Shown here: piece by piece, positions 25,631 to 35,517 of the stretch
Layout of the letters: every line of letters starts with the position of its first letter
Position numbering within the stretch: the first letter of the stretch is position 1
NCBI GenBank assembly: GCA_937875975.1
Contig: CALEEU010000088.1
Location: 1-38,350 of the forward strand
Direction of reading: 5' to 3'
Source of the DNA: an uncultured Opitutia bacterium
GTDB lineage: Bacteria; Verrucomicrobiota; Verrucomicrobiia; Opitutales; UBA953
Length of the DNA: 38,350 bases
The notes under the pieces: generated by a model
Databases searched by the model: none
The model's input: the letters and a program-made list of their open reading frames with translations, nothing else
Told to the model about the DNA's origin: nothing
Position numbers and translations under genes: made by a program

Positions 25631-27178
25631 TTAGCGCTGGGTAGGAACGGCCGGGCCAGCCTTGACGGGTGCCTTGGCGTTATGCTGCGAGAAGGTGGTG
25701 ATACCAGCGGCGACGGGATTGACGGACTTCGTGATGAGCGAAGGCACGAAGCCAATCGTCAGCGAAGCGCCGAGCAGCACGAAGGCGGCGAAGCGCTCGG
25801 CCCAGCCGAGGTCGCCGAAGGGCGCGGAGGCGAAGCGCTTCTCGAGCGCCTCGGAGGCCGGACCGAAGAAGGTGGAGGCCACGGCGCGGAGGGCGTACAC
25901 GGCGGAGAGGATGACCGTCGAGGCGACGAGGGCCTGCAGCCAAAGCGGCTGGGCGCGGAGGGCGAGGAAGACGCCGACTTCACCCCAGAAGTTTCCGAAG
26001 CCCGGCAGGCCGATGGAGGCCATCGTCGCGGCGATGAAGAGCGCGGCAAGGATCGGCGTGCGCGTGGCGAGGCCGCCCAGTTCGTCGAGGCGATAGGTGC
26101 CGGCGCGGGCGCGGACGGCGTTGGCGAGCAGGAAGAGCGCGGCGCAAGAGAGGCCGTGTGCGACCATGAGGAAAGCGGCGGCATCGAGGCCGTCGGCCTG
26201 GCCGGACACGCCGCAGACCCAGATGCCGAGGAAGATCGGACCCATGTGGGCGACGGAACTCCAGGAGAGCAACTGCTTGAGGTCGCGCTGCGCGAGGCAG
26301 ATCAGGCCGACGAGGACGACGTTGGCGACGGCGAACCAGAGGAACCAAGTGCCGAGCGAGCCGCCGGTGATGTCGAGGCTGCTGAGGCCGAGGAGGATGA
26401 TGCCGTAGAGGCCGAACTTCTTGAGGGCGCCAGCGTGTAGCATCGAGACCGGGGTCGGCGCGGCGGAGTAGCCAGGCGCGGCCCAGGAGTGGAACGGGAA
26501 GAGCGAGGCGAGCGTGCCGAGGCCGAAGAGCACCAGCGCACCAGTGGCGGCGGGGATGGACTTCGCGTTCTGGAGGCCTTGGGCGACGTTCTCGAAGGTC
26601 GCGACGCCGTACTCGACACCGGAGGCGTCGATGGCGATCAGGATGCCCGCGAGGGAGGCCATGGCGCCAGCGGTGAGGTAGATCGCCATCTGCATGGCGG
26701 CCGGCCGACGGCCTTCGCCACCCCAGAAGAGCGTGAGGATGAACGTGGGGATGAGCGCGAACTCGTGGAAGAAGTAGAAACCGACGAGGTGATTGGTGCC
26801 GAACACGGCGAGCGTGCCACCAAGCATGAACAGGATGAGGCCCAGGTAGGTGTTCCGTCCTTCCACTTCCTGCGTGAGGGCCTTGATGCCCGCGGCGAGG
26901 CCGACGAGCGAGGTCATCGCGAGGAGCGGCGCCCCGAGGCCATTGAGCGCGAAACCGAAGCCCCAGAACCCTTCGGACTGGAACTGCTGCGGCGCGGTGC
27001 TCGGATCGCTCCAGAGGACGAGCAACCAGGGGCCGAGCACGGCCGGGATGGCGAAGCCGCCGAAGGCGAAGCCCGAGGCGAAGCTGCGAGGGAGGTCGCG
27101 TCCGGCGAGCAAGATCAGGCCGACGAGAATCGGGGCCGTGATGGCGAGCGCGAGGAGCGTGGCAGGAAAAGTATCCAT
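25631..27178 (-). CDS. nuoM: NADH-quinone oxidoreductase subunit M
   Basis: Antiporter-like subunit with FPFHSWAPGYSAAPTPVSMLHAGALKKFGLYG. Its position is between nuoL and nuoN. 515 aa. Confidence 0.9.
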   Translation of the reverse strand: MDTFPATLLALAITAPILVGLILLAGRDLPRSFASGFAFGGFAIPAVLGPWLLVLWSDPSTAPQQFQSEGFWGFGFALNGLGAPLLAMTSLVGLAAGIKALTQEVEGRNTYLGLILFMLGGTLAVFGTNHLVGFYFFHEFALIPTFILTLFWGGEGRRPAAMQMAIYLTAGAMASLAGILIAIDASGVEYGVATFENVAQGLQNAKSIPAATGALVLFGLGTLASLFPFHSWAAPGYSAAPTPVSMLHAGALKKFGLYGIILLGLSSLDITGGSLGTWFLWFAVANVVLVGLICLAQRDLKQLLSWSSVAHMGPIFLGIWVCGVSGQADGLDAAAFLMVAHGLSCAALFLLANAVRARAGTYRLDELGGLATRTPILAALFIAATMASIGLPGFGNFWGEVGVFLALRAQPLWLQALVASTVILSAVYALRAVASTFFGPASEALEKRFASAPFGDLGWAERFAAFVLLGASLTIGFVPSLITKSVNPVAAGITTFSQHNAKAPVKAGPAVPTQR

Positions 27179-27181
27179 GAA

Positions 27182-29026
27182 TTAGCGGGCGATGAGGAAC
27201 CAGGCCAGGAAGAGAGTACCCACTACGATCCAAAGCGCGTAGGCACGCGTCTGGCCGCGGTGGAAGGAACGGCCAGTGAGGTAGCCCAGTACGGCGGGGA
27301 CGCCGCCACCGATCCAGCGCACGGCGACACCGTTGATGATGAGGAGGTCGAGGAACGCGACGAACTCGGAGGCGCGACGCTGCACGGAGTCGACGTACCA
27401 GCGGTAAAGGCCGTCCATCCAGCGGTGCTCAAGGAGGTGATACGTGCGAGGCGAGACGACTTGGAGGGCGTCGGCGCCACGGACGACGCCGTAGAACTTG
27501 AGCGCACCGAAGAAGCCGACGACGAGTGAGAAGAGGCCGACGATGGTCGAGGGGGCGTTCAGGTGGAAGGCGATGGCGTCGAGGGCGGGCTTGATCGGCT
27601 GCAGCGAACCAGCCGGCAGCAGGGTCGAGGCAAGGAAACCGCCAGCGACGGAGTAGACGAGGCCGAGCACGACGAGCGGCAGGGTCATCGTCCAAGGAGA
27701 CTCATGGGCGTGGGCGGCTTCTTCGGAGTTCGCTTCGCCGAGGAAGACGAGGCGGATCATGCGTCCGCTGTAGAGGCAGGTCGCGAGCGCGGCGAGGGCC
27801 AGGAAAGCGAAGATCACGAAGCGTCCGTCATGGTAGGCGGCCTCGATGATGGCGTCCTTGGAATACCAGCCCGCAAGGAAGGGCACGGCGCAATTTGAGA
27901 GCGTCGCGGCGATGAACGTCACGGCGGTGAGCGGCATCTTCTTCAGCAGGCCGCCCATCTTGAGCATGTCCTGTTCGTGGTGGCAGCCGTGGATGACCGA
28001 ACCGGCCCCGAGGAATAGCGTGGCTTTGAAGAACGCGTGCATCGCCATATGCATGAGCGCGAGCGCGGGGTGACCGAGGCCGATGGCGCAGCCCATGATG
28101 CCGAGGTGCGCGAGCGTCGAGTAGGCGAGGGACTTCTTGATGTCGGTCTGCGCGAGCGCGCAGAGGCCGGCCAGCGCCGCCATGCCAGCACCGGAGACCG
28201 CGATGAACTGCAGGACATCAGGGGCGAGCAGGAAGCTCACGCGGGCCATGAAGTAGACGCCGGCGGCCACCATCGTCGCGGCGTGGATGAGCGCCGAGAC
28301 CGGCGTCGGGCCGGCCATCGCGTCCGTGAGCCAGACGTGGAGCGGGAACTGGGCGGACTTGCCGAGGAAGCCGCACATGAGCAGCGCGCCGACGGCGACG
28401 GGGATGGTCTTGGCAGCAGCGGCGTGGTCCTTGAGCGCGACGAAGTCGAGCGTACCGTAGAGCGAGAGGCACATCGCGATGCCGAGGATGAAACCGAGGT
28501 CGCCGATTCGGTTGACGATGAACGCCTTCTTCGAGGCGGCGGCGGCGTAATCCTTGTCGAAGTAGTGCGCGATCAGCATGTACGAGCTGAAGCCCACGAG
28601 TTCCCAGAAGATGAACGTCATGAGCAGGTTGTCGGCGACGACGATGCCCAGGATGGAGAACATGAAGATCGAGAGACCGGCGAAGAAACGGCCGCGGGCC
28701 GTGTCTTCCTTCATGTAACCGACGGAGAAGAGGTGGATCCACGCGGCGACGAAAGACACCACGAAGAGCATCAGGCGCGCGTTGGCATCGATGAGGTAGC
28801 CGAAGCCGAGGCTGATGCCGCCAAACTTCGCGAGCTCGACGTGCCAGGTGACGTCGACGCCCTTGCTGAGCAGGTTGAGCGAGAGGCCGGCGATGGCGAA
28901 GGCGGTGCCGGTCGAGAGCCAGGCGGCGAGTCCGCCGGCGCGGCGCAGGAACAGCGCGGAGAGCGCGGCGGCTCCCAGCGGCAGGAACAGGATCCAGTGG
29001 ACCAGGGACGAAAGGTCGGAAGGCAT
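27182..29026 (-). CDS. nuoL: NADH-quinone oxidoreductase subunit L
   Basis: FIFWELVGFSSYMLIAHY, GKSAQFPLHVWLTDAMAGPTPVSALIHAATMVAAGVY and a long C-terminal extension (lateral helix). 614 aa. Confidence 0.92.
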   Translation of the reverse strand: MPSDLSSLVHWILFLPLGAAALSALFLRRAGGLAAWLSTGTAFAIAGLSLNLLSKGVDVTWHVELAKFGGISLGFGYLIDANARLMLFVVSFVAAWIHLFSVGYMKEDTARGRFFAGLSIFMFSILGIVVADNLLMTFIFWELVGFSSYMLIAHYFDKDYAAAASKKAFIVNRIGDLGFILGIAMCLSLYGTLDFVALKDHAAAAKTIPVAVGALLMCGFLGKSAQFPLHVWLTDAMAGPTPVSALIHAATMVAAGVYFMARVSFLLAPDVLQFIAVSGAGMAALAGLCALAQTDIKKSLAYSTLAHLGIMGCAIGLGHPALALMHMAMHAFFKATLFLGAGSVIHGCHHEQDMLKMGGLLKKMPLTAVTFIAATLSNCAVPFLAGWYSKDAIIEAAYHDGRFVIFAFLALAALATCLYSGRMIRLVFLGEANSEEAAHAHESPWTMTLPLVVLGLVYSVAGGFLASTLLPAGSLQPIKPALDAIAFHLNAPSTIVGLFSLVVGFFGALKFYGVVRGADALQVVSPRTYHLLEHRWMDGLYRWYVDSVQRRASEFVAFLDLLIINGVAVRWIGGGVPAVLGYLTGRSFHRGQTRAYALWIVVGTLFLAWFLIAR

Positions 29027-29035
29027 CGGAAAAAC

Positions 29036-29344
29036 TTAGTCGCGGAGGGTGGTGAGCGCGTCGGACTGCACCGTGCCGCGCTTGCGGAACAGGGCCACGA
29101 TCAGCGCGAGGCCGACGGCGACCTCAGCGGCCGCGACGGTGATGACGAAGAAGACAAGGACCGCGCCGTCCATGGTGCGGTTGAAGCGCGAGAAGGCGAC
29201 GAGGGCGAGCGTCGCGGCGGCGAGCATGAGCTCGAGGCACATGTAGACGACGAGCAGGTTGCGGCGCACGAGAACGCCAGTCAGACCCAGGACAAAAAGA
29301 AGGCCCGCCAGGATGAGGTGGTGAGCAAGAGAGGTGTTTTCCAT
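29036..29344 (-). CDS. nuoK: NADH-quinone oxidoreductase subunit K
   Basis: A 102-aa protein with three TM helices. Motifs RRNLLVVYMCLELMLAAATLALVAF and AAAEVAVGLALIV. Confidence 0.9.
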   Translation of the reverse strand: MENTSLAHHLILAGLLFVLGLTGVLVRRNLLVVYMCLELMLAAATLALVAFSRFNRTMDGAVLVFFVITVAAAEVAVGLALIVALFRKRGTVQSDALTTLRD

Positions 29345-29354
29345 GGCGGAAAGA

Positions 29355-29888
29355 TCAGGCTTTGGTTTCGGGGTTATCCTTGCTCAGCGACACGACGCCG
29401 ACGAGGGCGACGAGGAGCAGGAAGCCGGCGATTTCCAGGGGCAGAAGATACTTCGTGTAGAGCAGGCGACCGAACGACTTGGCGGCGGTGGTGAACTCGG
29501 CCGGGTTGACGGAGAGCTCGGGCGGCGTGCTGCCCGCTTTCACGGCGGAGACGGCACCGGACCAGTGGAAGAGCCAGAGCACGCTGGCGGCGAGGAGGAA
29601 GAAAGTCGCGAGACCGAGCGCCGCGGTCTTCCACGGATAGGCGCCCGTCGCGTCCTCGGTATCCAGGAGCATGATGATGAACAGGAAGAGCACCATCACC
29701 GCGCCGGCGTAGACGAGGACTTGGAGCACACCGAGGAAGTAGGCATCCAGCAGGAAGAACTCGGCGGCCACCCCGACCAAGGCCAGGATCATCCCCATGG
29801 CGGAGGTCACCGCGTTGCGGCTGACGACCAAGAGAAGGGCAGCCCCGAGGGTCAGTGCTGCGAAGAAAATAAACAGGCCGTCCGGCAT
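29355..29888 (-). CDS. nuoJ: NADH-quinone oxidoreductase subunit J
   Basis: VSRNAVTSAMGMILALVGVAAEFFLLDAYFLGVLQVLVYAGAVMVLFLFIIMLL is the typical NuoJ/ND6 signature. 177 aa. Confidence 0.9.
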   Translation of the reverse strand: MPDGLFIFFAALTLGAALLLVVSRNAVTSAMGMILALVGVAAEFFLLDAYFLGVLQVLVYAGAVMVLFLFIIMLLDTEDATGAYPWKTAALGLATFFLLAASVLWLFHWSGAVSAVKAGSTPPELSVNPAEFTTAAKSFGRLLYTKYLLPLEIAGFLLLVALVGVVSLSKDNPETKA

Positions 29889-30023
29889 GGGTCGGACGGT
29901 AGGGCGGGGGGAGGCATTGGAAAGGAGAAAACGCCCCTAAACGCCCTTTTTTGCCACTTTATGGGGGTCAGTAGCCCCCTCCCGCTCGAGACCCCTTAAA
30001 TATGAGCGAAAGCGCTCAATACC

Positions 30024-30494
30024 TCAAAGCGGCCGGTGTCGACGCATCACGCAGGTGGGGTGCTGGGCGATGACCTCCCCGGCATCGAACCGTCCGGTCC
30101 AATCGGGGAAAAAGGCGTCCGCCTCGGGCTCCATGTCCACATGGGTGAGGATCAGCTCGGCACACCAAGGCAGGGCTTCGGCATACAGCGCAGCGCCACC
30201 GGCAAGGAAGAGGGTCTTGGTCGGTTCGACCAACGCGGCCTCGTGCCAATCCTTGGCGACGATCACGCCAGGCGCGGTGAAACCAGAGCGGCTGAGCACG
30301 ACGGTCGTACGTCCCGGGAGAGGCCTACCGATGGACTCATAAGTCTTACGGCCCATGAGGAGCACCTGGCCCATGGTGGTCGCCTTGAAGAACGCGAAGT
30401 CCTCCGGGATGCGCCACGGGAGCTTATTGTTCAGGCCGATGCCGCGATTGCGCGCGACGGCCGCGATGGCGATGAGCGGGCGACCGAGGTCCAC
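30024..30494 (-). CDS. folA: Dihydrofolate reductase
   Basis: IAIAAVARNRGIGLNNKLPWRIPEDFAFFKATTMGQVLLMGRKTYESIG. Start placed at GTG 30494, 4 nt after the thyA stop. The track ORF to 30575 would overlap thyA by 77 nt. Confidence 0.88.
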   Translation of the reverse strand: MDLGRPLIAIAAVARNRGIGLNNKLPWRIPEDFAFFKATTMGQVLLMGRKTYESIGRPLPGRTTVVLSRSGFTAPGVIVAKDWHEAALVEPTKTLFLAGGAALYAEALPWCAELILTHVDMEPEADAFFPDWTGRFDAGEVIAQHPTCVMRRHRPL

Positions 30495-30498
30495 GACG

Positions 30499-31344
30499 TC
30501 AGATGGCGACGGGCGCCTTGATCGCCGGATGCGGGTCGTAGCCTTCGATCGCGATGTCTTCGAACTTGAATGCAAAGAGATCCTTCACGTCAGGGTTCAG
30601 CACCAGGCGGGGCAGGGCGCGCGTCTCGCGCGAGAGCTGCAGTTCGACCTGCTCCACGTGGTTGGAATAGATGTGCGCGTCGCCGAAGGTGTGCACGAAA
30701 TGGCCCGGTTTCAGGCCCGTGACCTGCGCGATCATGTGCGTAAGCATGGCGTAGCTCGCGATGTTGAACGGCACGCCGAGGAAGAGGTCCGCGCTCCGCT
30801 GATAGAGCTGGCAGCTGAGGCGCCCATCGGTCGAGACGTAGAACTGGAAGAGCGTATGGCAAGGGGGCAGGGCGACCTGGTCGGCTTCCTGCGGATTCCA
30901 ACCGGTGACGATGAGGCGGCGGCTCGAGGGGTTGCGCTTGATCTCGTCGACGACGCGGCGGATCTGGTCGACGCCGTCATTCTCATAAGTGCCATCAGGC
31001 TTTTTCGTCGCACCGAAGCGGCGCCACTGGTGGCCGTAGACGGGACCGAGGTCGCCTTCCGGGCGGCCGAACTTCGCACACTGTTCAGCGCTAGCCCATT
31101 CGTTCCAGATGCTGACGCCACGCTCGGTGAGCCAGGCGTTCTGCGTGCTGCCGGAGAGGAACCAGAGTAGTTCGTGCGTGATCGACTTGAGGTGGACCTT
31201 CTTGGTCGTGAGCAGCGGGAAGCCTTCGGCGAGGTCGAAGCGCAGCTGCGCTCCGAAGATGCCGATCGTGCCCGTGCCGGTGCGGTCGCCCCGGATTTCT
31301 CCGTGCTGCCGGACTTGGCGAAGCAGGTCGAGATAGGCCTTCAT
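30499..31344 (-). CDS. thyA: Thymidylate synthase (ThyA type)
   Basis: [31 protein letters not shown] (catalytic Cys), [14 protein letters not shown] and GDAHIYSNH. 281 aa. Confidence 0.95.
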   Translation of the reverse strand: MKAYLDLLRQVRQHGEIRGDRTGTGTIGIFGAQLRFDLAEGFPLLTTKKVHLKSITHELLWFLSGSTQNAWLTERGVSIWNEWASAEQCAKFGRPEGDLGPVYGHQWRRFGATKKPDGTYENDGVDQIRRVVDEIKRNPSSRRLIVTGWNPQEADQVALPPCHTLFQFYVSTDGRLSCQLYQRSADLFLGVPFNIASYAMLTHMIAQVTGLKPGHFVHTFGDAHIYSNHVEQVELQLSRETRALPRLVLNPDVKDLFAFKFEDIAIEGYDPHPAIKAPVAI

Positions 31345-31448
31345 GGGTCTCGGTTATTCTCCGGAAAGCCCCCGCCGCAACACGGAAAGCCGAACCTTTC
31401 GCCCTTGCCACCCCGCCTGCTCGGAGGCACCCCTTTGGGGTAGCCAAC

Positions 31449-32933
31449 ATGAGCGAAAAGCCCGACCTCAACGCCATCTCCCACGACCTGCATGCGGTCC
31501 GTAAGGAGAAGCTCGCCCTCCTTCGCGCCGCGGGCGAAGACCCCTTTCGTGCCGAGTGGAACCAGACCCATGTCTCGAACGAATGCCCGGCCCTTCTGCC
31601 CGAAGGCGTTGAAGAAGGTCCCGAGGTCTCCGTCGCCGGCCGTATCGTCGCCCTGCGCGTGATGGGTAAGGCCAGCTTCGTCAAGATTCTCGATCGTGGC
31701 GGCCTGATTCAGACCTACTTCACCCGCGACGCCCTGGGTGATGCGTACGACACCCATTTTAAGAAGATGGTCGATTCCGGCGACTTCGTCGGCGTCCGCG
31801 GCAAACTCTTCCGCACCAAGACGGGCGAGGTCACCGTGCGTGTCGCCGAATATAAGATGGTCGCGAAGTCCCTCCGCCCGCTGCCCGAGAAGTGGGCCGG
31901 TCTGACCGACGCCGAAAAGATTTACCGCCAGCGCTACCTCGACCTCGTCGTCAACGAGGAGTCCCGCCGCCGTCTCTTCACTCGCAGTCGCGTCGTCGAA
32001 TCGATCCGCCGTTTCCTCTGGAGCCGCCAGTTCACCGAAGTCGAGACCCCGGCCCTGCACGCCATCGCCGGCGGCGCCGCGGCCCGTCCGTTCGAGACGC
32101 ACTCCAACGCGCTCGATTGCGATTTCTATCTCCGTATCGCCCTCGAACTCCACCTGAAGCGCTGCCTCGTCGGCGGCATGGACCGCGTCTTCGAGATCGG
32201 CCGCGTCTTCCGTAATGAAGGTGTCTCGGTGAAGCATAGTCCTGAATTCACGATGCTCGAGGCCTACCAGGCCTATACGGATTACCGCGGCATGATGGAA
32301 CTCGTTCGCTCGATGATCCAGAAAGTCTGCGCCGAAGTCCTCGGCACGACCAGCGTCGTCCGTCCGGACGGCGTCGCCATCGAGCTCGGCGGCGAATGGC
32401 GCGAAGCGAAGTATAAAGACCTCATCATCGAACGCACGGGCGACCCGCAGTGGTTCTCGCGCTCGAAGGAAGAGAAAATCGCCGCGTGCAAGGCCCTCGG
32501 TCTGCATGAGCCCCGCACCGACTGGGAAGACTTCGAGGTCACCAACGAAGTGTTTGGCAAACTCATCGAGCCCGGCCTCATCCAGCCGACCTTCGTCACG
32601 CACATCCCAAAGGAACTCTGCCCGCTCGCTAAGGTCACCCTCAGCGACGATTCGACCATCGACGTCTTTGAACTCTGCATCAACGGCCAGGAGATCGCTC
32701 CGGCCTACTCCGAGCAGAACGACCCCGGCGTGCAGCGTCAGATGTTGCAGCTCCAAGCCGGCGCCGAGACCCAGAAGATCGACGAAGACTTCCTCCTCGC
32801 GCTCGAGCACGGCATGCCCCCCGCGGGCGGCCTCGGCATCGGCATCGATCGCCTGGTGATCCTGCTGACCGGCGCGGCCAATATCCGCGACGTCATCCTG
32901 TTCCCGACGCTCGCGCCCGAAGCGCAGGCCTGA
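31449..32933 (+). CDS. lysS: Lysine--tRNA ligase, class II
   Basis: OB-fold N-domain. Class II motifs FTEVETPALH, VFEIGRVFRNEG and EHGMPPAGGLGIGIDRLVILLTG. 494 aa. Confidence 0.95.
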   Translation: MSEKPDLNAISHDLHAVRKEKLALLRAAGEDPFRAEWNQTHVSNECPALLPEGVEEGPEVSVAGRIVALRVMGKASFVKILDRGGLIQTYFTRDALGDAYDTHFKKMVDSGDFVGVRGKLFRTKTGEVTVRVAEYKMVAKSLRPLPEKWAGLTDAEKIYRQRYLDLVVNEESRRRLFTRSRVVESIRRFLWSRQFTEVETPALHAIAGGAAARPFETHSNALDCDFYLRIALELHLKRCLVGGMDRVFEIGRVFRNEGVSVKHSPEFTMLEAYQAYTDYRGMMELVRSMIQKVCAEVLGTTSVVRPDGVAIELGGEWREAKYKDLIIERTGDPQWFSRSKEEKIAACKALGLHEPRTDWEDFEVTNEVFGKLIEPGLIQPTFVTHIPKELCPLAKVTLSDDSTIDVFELCINGQEIAPAYSEQNDPGVQRQMLQLQAGAETQKIDEDFLLALEHGMPPAGGLGIGIDRLVILLTGAANIRDVILFPTLAPEAQA

Positions 32934-32943
32934 GTCCTTTCCC

Positions 32944-34164
32944 TTGCCCTGGTTCCTCCATCTCGCCCTCCGTCAGCTCTTTCCTCCCGGTAAGCGCTTC
33001 CCGGCGTTCGCGACGGTATCGATCCTCGGCGTCGGCCTCGGCGTGGCGTCGTTGCTCATCGTGCAGACGGTGATGAACGGCTTCGGCGAAGAGCATCGCC
33101 TGCGCATCCGCGAATCCTTCGGCGACTGCCAGGTCACTGCCGCCGCACCCATCGAGCGCCCTGAAGCGCTCGCGAGGCAACTCGCCGCCAGCCCCGAGGT
33201 CTCCTCCGCTTCCCCCTATGCCGAAGGCCCCGCGCTCGCGCGCAATGGCGACTTCTCCGGCATCGCGCAGGTGCGTGGTATCGATCCGTCGGACCCCGCC
33301 CAGCCAGCCCGCAAGTACGTCTATGGCGGCAGCTTCGACGACCTCGACGACGGCCGCATCATCCTCGGCGCCGGCCTCGCCCGCGCCCTGCGCGTGCGCG
33401 TCGGCGACCGCATCGAGATCTGGTCGCCCGCGATGGCCGAGCGCGCCGAGAAGGGCAAGGCCCCGCTGCCTGCTGAATTCGAGGTCTGCGCGGTGATCGT
33501 CACCGGCTTCACCGAGGTCGATAACGCCGCGGCGCTCATCCCGCTCCGCCGCTTCCGCGAAATCTGGAATCTCGGCCCGCGCGCCCACGGCCTCACGCTC
33601 CGCCTGAAGCAGCCAGCGCTCGCTGAGGCGACCGCTGGCCGCCTCGCGGTCGGCCACCCTGGACTACGTTTCCGCCCATGGCAGGATATCAAGAAGGACT
33701 TCCTCGCGGCCATCCGCTTCGAGAAGACGATGCTCTTCTTCCTGATGTTCATCATCACACTCGTCGCCTCGTTCTCAATCGGCAGTACGCTCTTCTCGGC
33801 CGTCATCCGCCGTTCACGCGAAGTGGGTGTGCTCGCCTCGCTTGGTGCCGCGCGCTGGCAGGTCGTCTGCCTCTTCGGACTGCAGGGCCTTCTCATTGGC
33901 GCCCTCGGCACACTCCTCGGCTTCGTGCTCACTTGGACGATTCTCGCCTTCCGCGACGGTATCCTTGGCACGATCAATCGCTTCTTCGGTGGCGGTGACA
34001 TGGTGGCTAATATCTATCAGTTCTCAAAGGTGCCGCTCCATTACGACGCCACGGATTTTGTTATCGCTGCGGCGTTTACCTTACTGACTACGGCGATCGC
34101 CGGCCTGGTGCCTGCGCTCTGGGCCGCCGGTCGCAAACCCTCGGAGGCCATGCGCGATGCCTGA
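32944..34164 (+). CDS. ABC transporter permease, LolC/LolE (FtsX/MacB-type) family
   Basis: TTG start. N-terminal TM helix, a large periplasmic domain and a C-terminal FtsX-type 3-TM bundle (FFLMFIITLVASFSIGSTL..GVLASLGA). It overlaps the following ATPase gene by 8 nt. Confidence 0.8.
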   Translation: MPWFLHLALRQLFPPGKRFPAFATVSILGVGLGVASLLIVQTVMNGFGEEHRLRIRESFGDCQVTAAAPIERPEALARQLAASPEVSSASPYAEGPALARNGDFSGIAQVRGIDPSDPAQPARKYVYGGSFDDLDDGRIILGAGLARALRVRVGDRIEIWSPAMAERAEKGKAPLPAEFEVCAVIVTGFTEVDNAAALIPLRRFREIWNLGPRAHGLTLRLKQPALAEATAGRLAVGHPGLRFRPWQDIKKDFLAAIRFEKTMLFFLMFIITLVASFSIGSTLFSAVIRRSREVGVLASLGAARWQVVCLFGLQGLLIGALGTLLGFVLTWTILAFRDGILGTINRFFGGGDMVANIYQFSKVPLHYDATDFVIAAAFTLLTTAIAGLVPALWAAGRKPSEAMRDA

Positions 34165-34828
34165 CGTCGTCCTTCAAGCCCGCGGCCTCGCCAAGGCCTT
34201 CGCCTCGCCTGCCGGCCCGCTGCCGGTACTGACCGACGTCTCGCTCGAGATCTTGGCGGGTGAGTCCGTCTCGATCCGCGGTTCCTCCGGCTCGGGTAAG
34301 ACCACGTTGCTCCAGCAGCTCGGCGGCCTCGACCAGCCGGACTCGGGTGAAGTCCTTATCTTCGCGCCAGGTGCTGGCCTCGTCGCCCCGCGCTCATCGC
34401 TTGGCCGCGGAGTGGGCTTCGTCTTCCAGAACTACCAGTTGATGCCCGAGCTCACCGCGCTTGAGAACGTCGCGCTCGCCGCACGCATCGCCGGTGTGCC
34501 CTCGGTTTCCGCGACTGCGGCCGCCCGCTCTTTACTGACGCAGGTCGGTCTCGGCGCCCGTCTGGAGCATCTCCCTTCGAAGCTTTCCGGCGGTGAATGC
34601 CAGCGTGTCGCCATCGCTCGCGCCTTGGTTAACCGGCCCTCGGTGATTCTGGCCGACGAACCGACCGGCAATCTCGACGAGCGCACGGGTGCGGAGATCA
34701 TGGACCTCCTGCTGGGCGTCGTCGCCGAGCGCGGAGCGGCCTTGATCCTCGTCACGCACAGCCGTGAGTTCGCCGAGCGCGCCCACCGCCGCTTCGTGCT
34801 CTCCGGCGGCGTGCTTACTCCTGCCTGA
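34157..34828 (+). CDS. ABC transporter ATP-binding protein, LolD/MacB-like
   Basis: Walker A is GSSGSGKTT, signature is LSGGECQRVAIARAL, Walker B is ILADEPTGNLD and the H-loop is VTHS. Confidence 0.88.
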   Translation: MPDVVLQARGLAKAFASPAGPLPVLTDVSLEILAGESVSIRGSSGSGKTTLLQQLGGLDQPDSGEVLIFAPGAGLVAPRSSLGRGVGFVFQNYQLMPELTALENVALAARIAGVPSVSATAAARSLLTQVGLGARLEHLPSKLSGGECQRVAIARALVNRPSVILADEPTGNLDERTGAEIMDLLLGVVAERGAALILVTHSREFAERAHRRFVLSGGVLTPA

Positions 34829-34866
34829 TTTGACAAAAGGGCGGGGCAGTGTTGTGTGGGCAGGAC

Positions 34867-35517
34867 ATGAACGCCGCTCTGACGCCCGCCCAACTTCTCG
34901 CTTCCCTTGAATGGCGCTACGCCACCAAGGCTTTCGATACCCGTAAGCTTCCGGACGCCACCTGGGCCGCACTCGAGGAGTCCCTTCGCCTGACGCCTTC
35001 GTCCTACGGCCTCCAACCTTGGAAGTTCTTCATCATCTCGGACCCGGCCGTCCGCGCCAAACTCCGTCCGGTTTCCTGGAATCAGACGCAGGTCACCGAT
35101 GCCTCGCATCTCGTGGTCTTCGCCCGTCGTACCGAAATCACCGAGAAGGACGTGAACGATTTCTTCCACCAGATGGTCTCCGAGCGTAACGCGGATGCTT
35201 CGAAACTCGAACCCTACCGCCAGATGATGCTCGGCGGCGTGGTCAACGGTAAGGACGCCGCGGGCCAGAAGGAATGGGCGGCCCGTCAGCTCTACATCGC
35301 CCTCGGGCAGCTCATGGGAGCCGCCGCGGCCCTCGCGGTCGACACGTGCGCGCTCGAAGGTATCGACCCCGACGCCTACACGGAGATTCTCGGACTGAAG
35401 GGCAGTGGCTATGAAGTCATCGTCGCCTGCGCCATCGGCTACCGCTCTCCGGAAGACAAGTACGCCGGGATGAAGAAGATCCGTTATCCGGCCAGCCGCG
35501 TCATCGGCCGCGTCTGA
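34867..35517 (+). CDS. NAD(P)H nitroreductase family protein
   Basis: RYATKAFD, PSSYGLQPWKFFIISD and the C-terminal CALEGIDP..RYP pattern of the nitroreductase fold. Start placed at ATG 34867. Confidence 0.8.
   Translation: MNAALTPAQLLASLEWRYATKAFDTRKLPDATWAALEESLRLTPSSYGLQPWKFFIISDPAVRAKLRPVSWNQTQVTDASHLVVFARRTEITEKDVNDFFHQMVSERNADASKLEPYRQMMLGGVVNGKDAAGQKEWAARQLYIALGQLMGAAAALAVDTCALEGIDPDAYTEILGLKGSGYEVIVACAIGYRSPEDKYAGMKKIRYPASRVIGRV

Noticed and set aside
25980-29494. Long alternative-frame ORFs across the nuo genes (25980..27233 -, 417 aa; 26489..27529 +, 346 aa; 28037..29494 +, 485 aa)
   Set aside because: The products are extremely Arg/Pro/Gly/Glu-rich. They overlap well-supported NuoL/M/K/J frames whose hydrophobic TM periodicity is clear. 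They are artefacts of GC-rich codon structure.
31341-32810. 489-aa ORF on the - strand opposite lysS
   Set aside because: The lysS frame carries all class II aaRS motifs. The antisense product is a biased (G/A/D/E/L/R) sequence with no recognisable domain. It is a shadow ORF.
33966-33982. TGGCAC (-24-like element) as a possible sigma-54 promoter, given that rpoN is in the window
   Set aside because: It lies inside the LolE-like coding region. The spacing gives TGGCAC-N5-ATCG, so the -12 TTGC element is missing. I could not find a convincing -24/-12 promoter in any intergenic region by eye.
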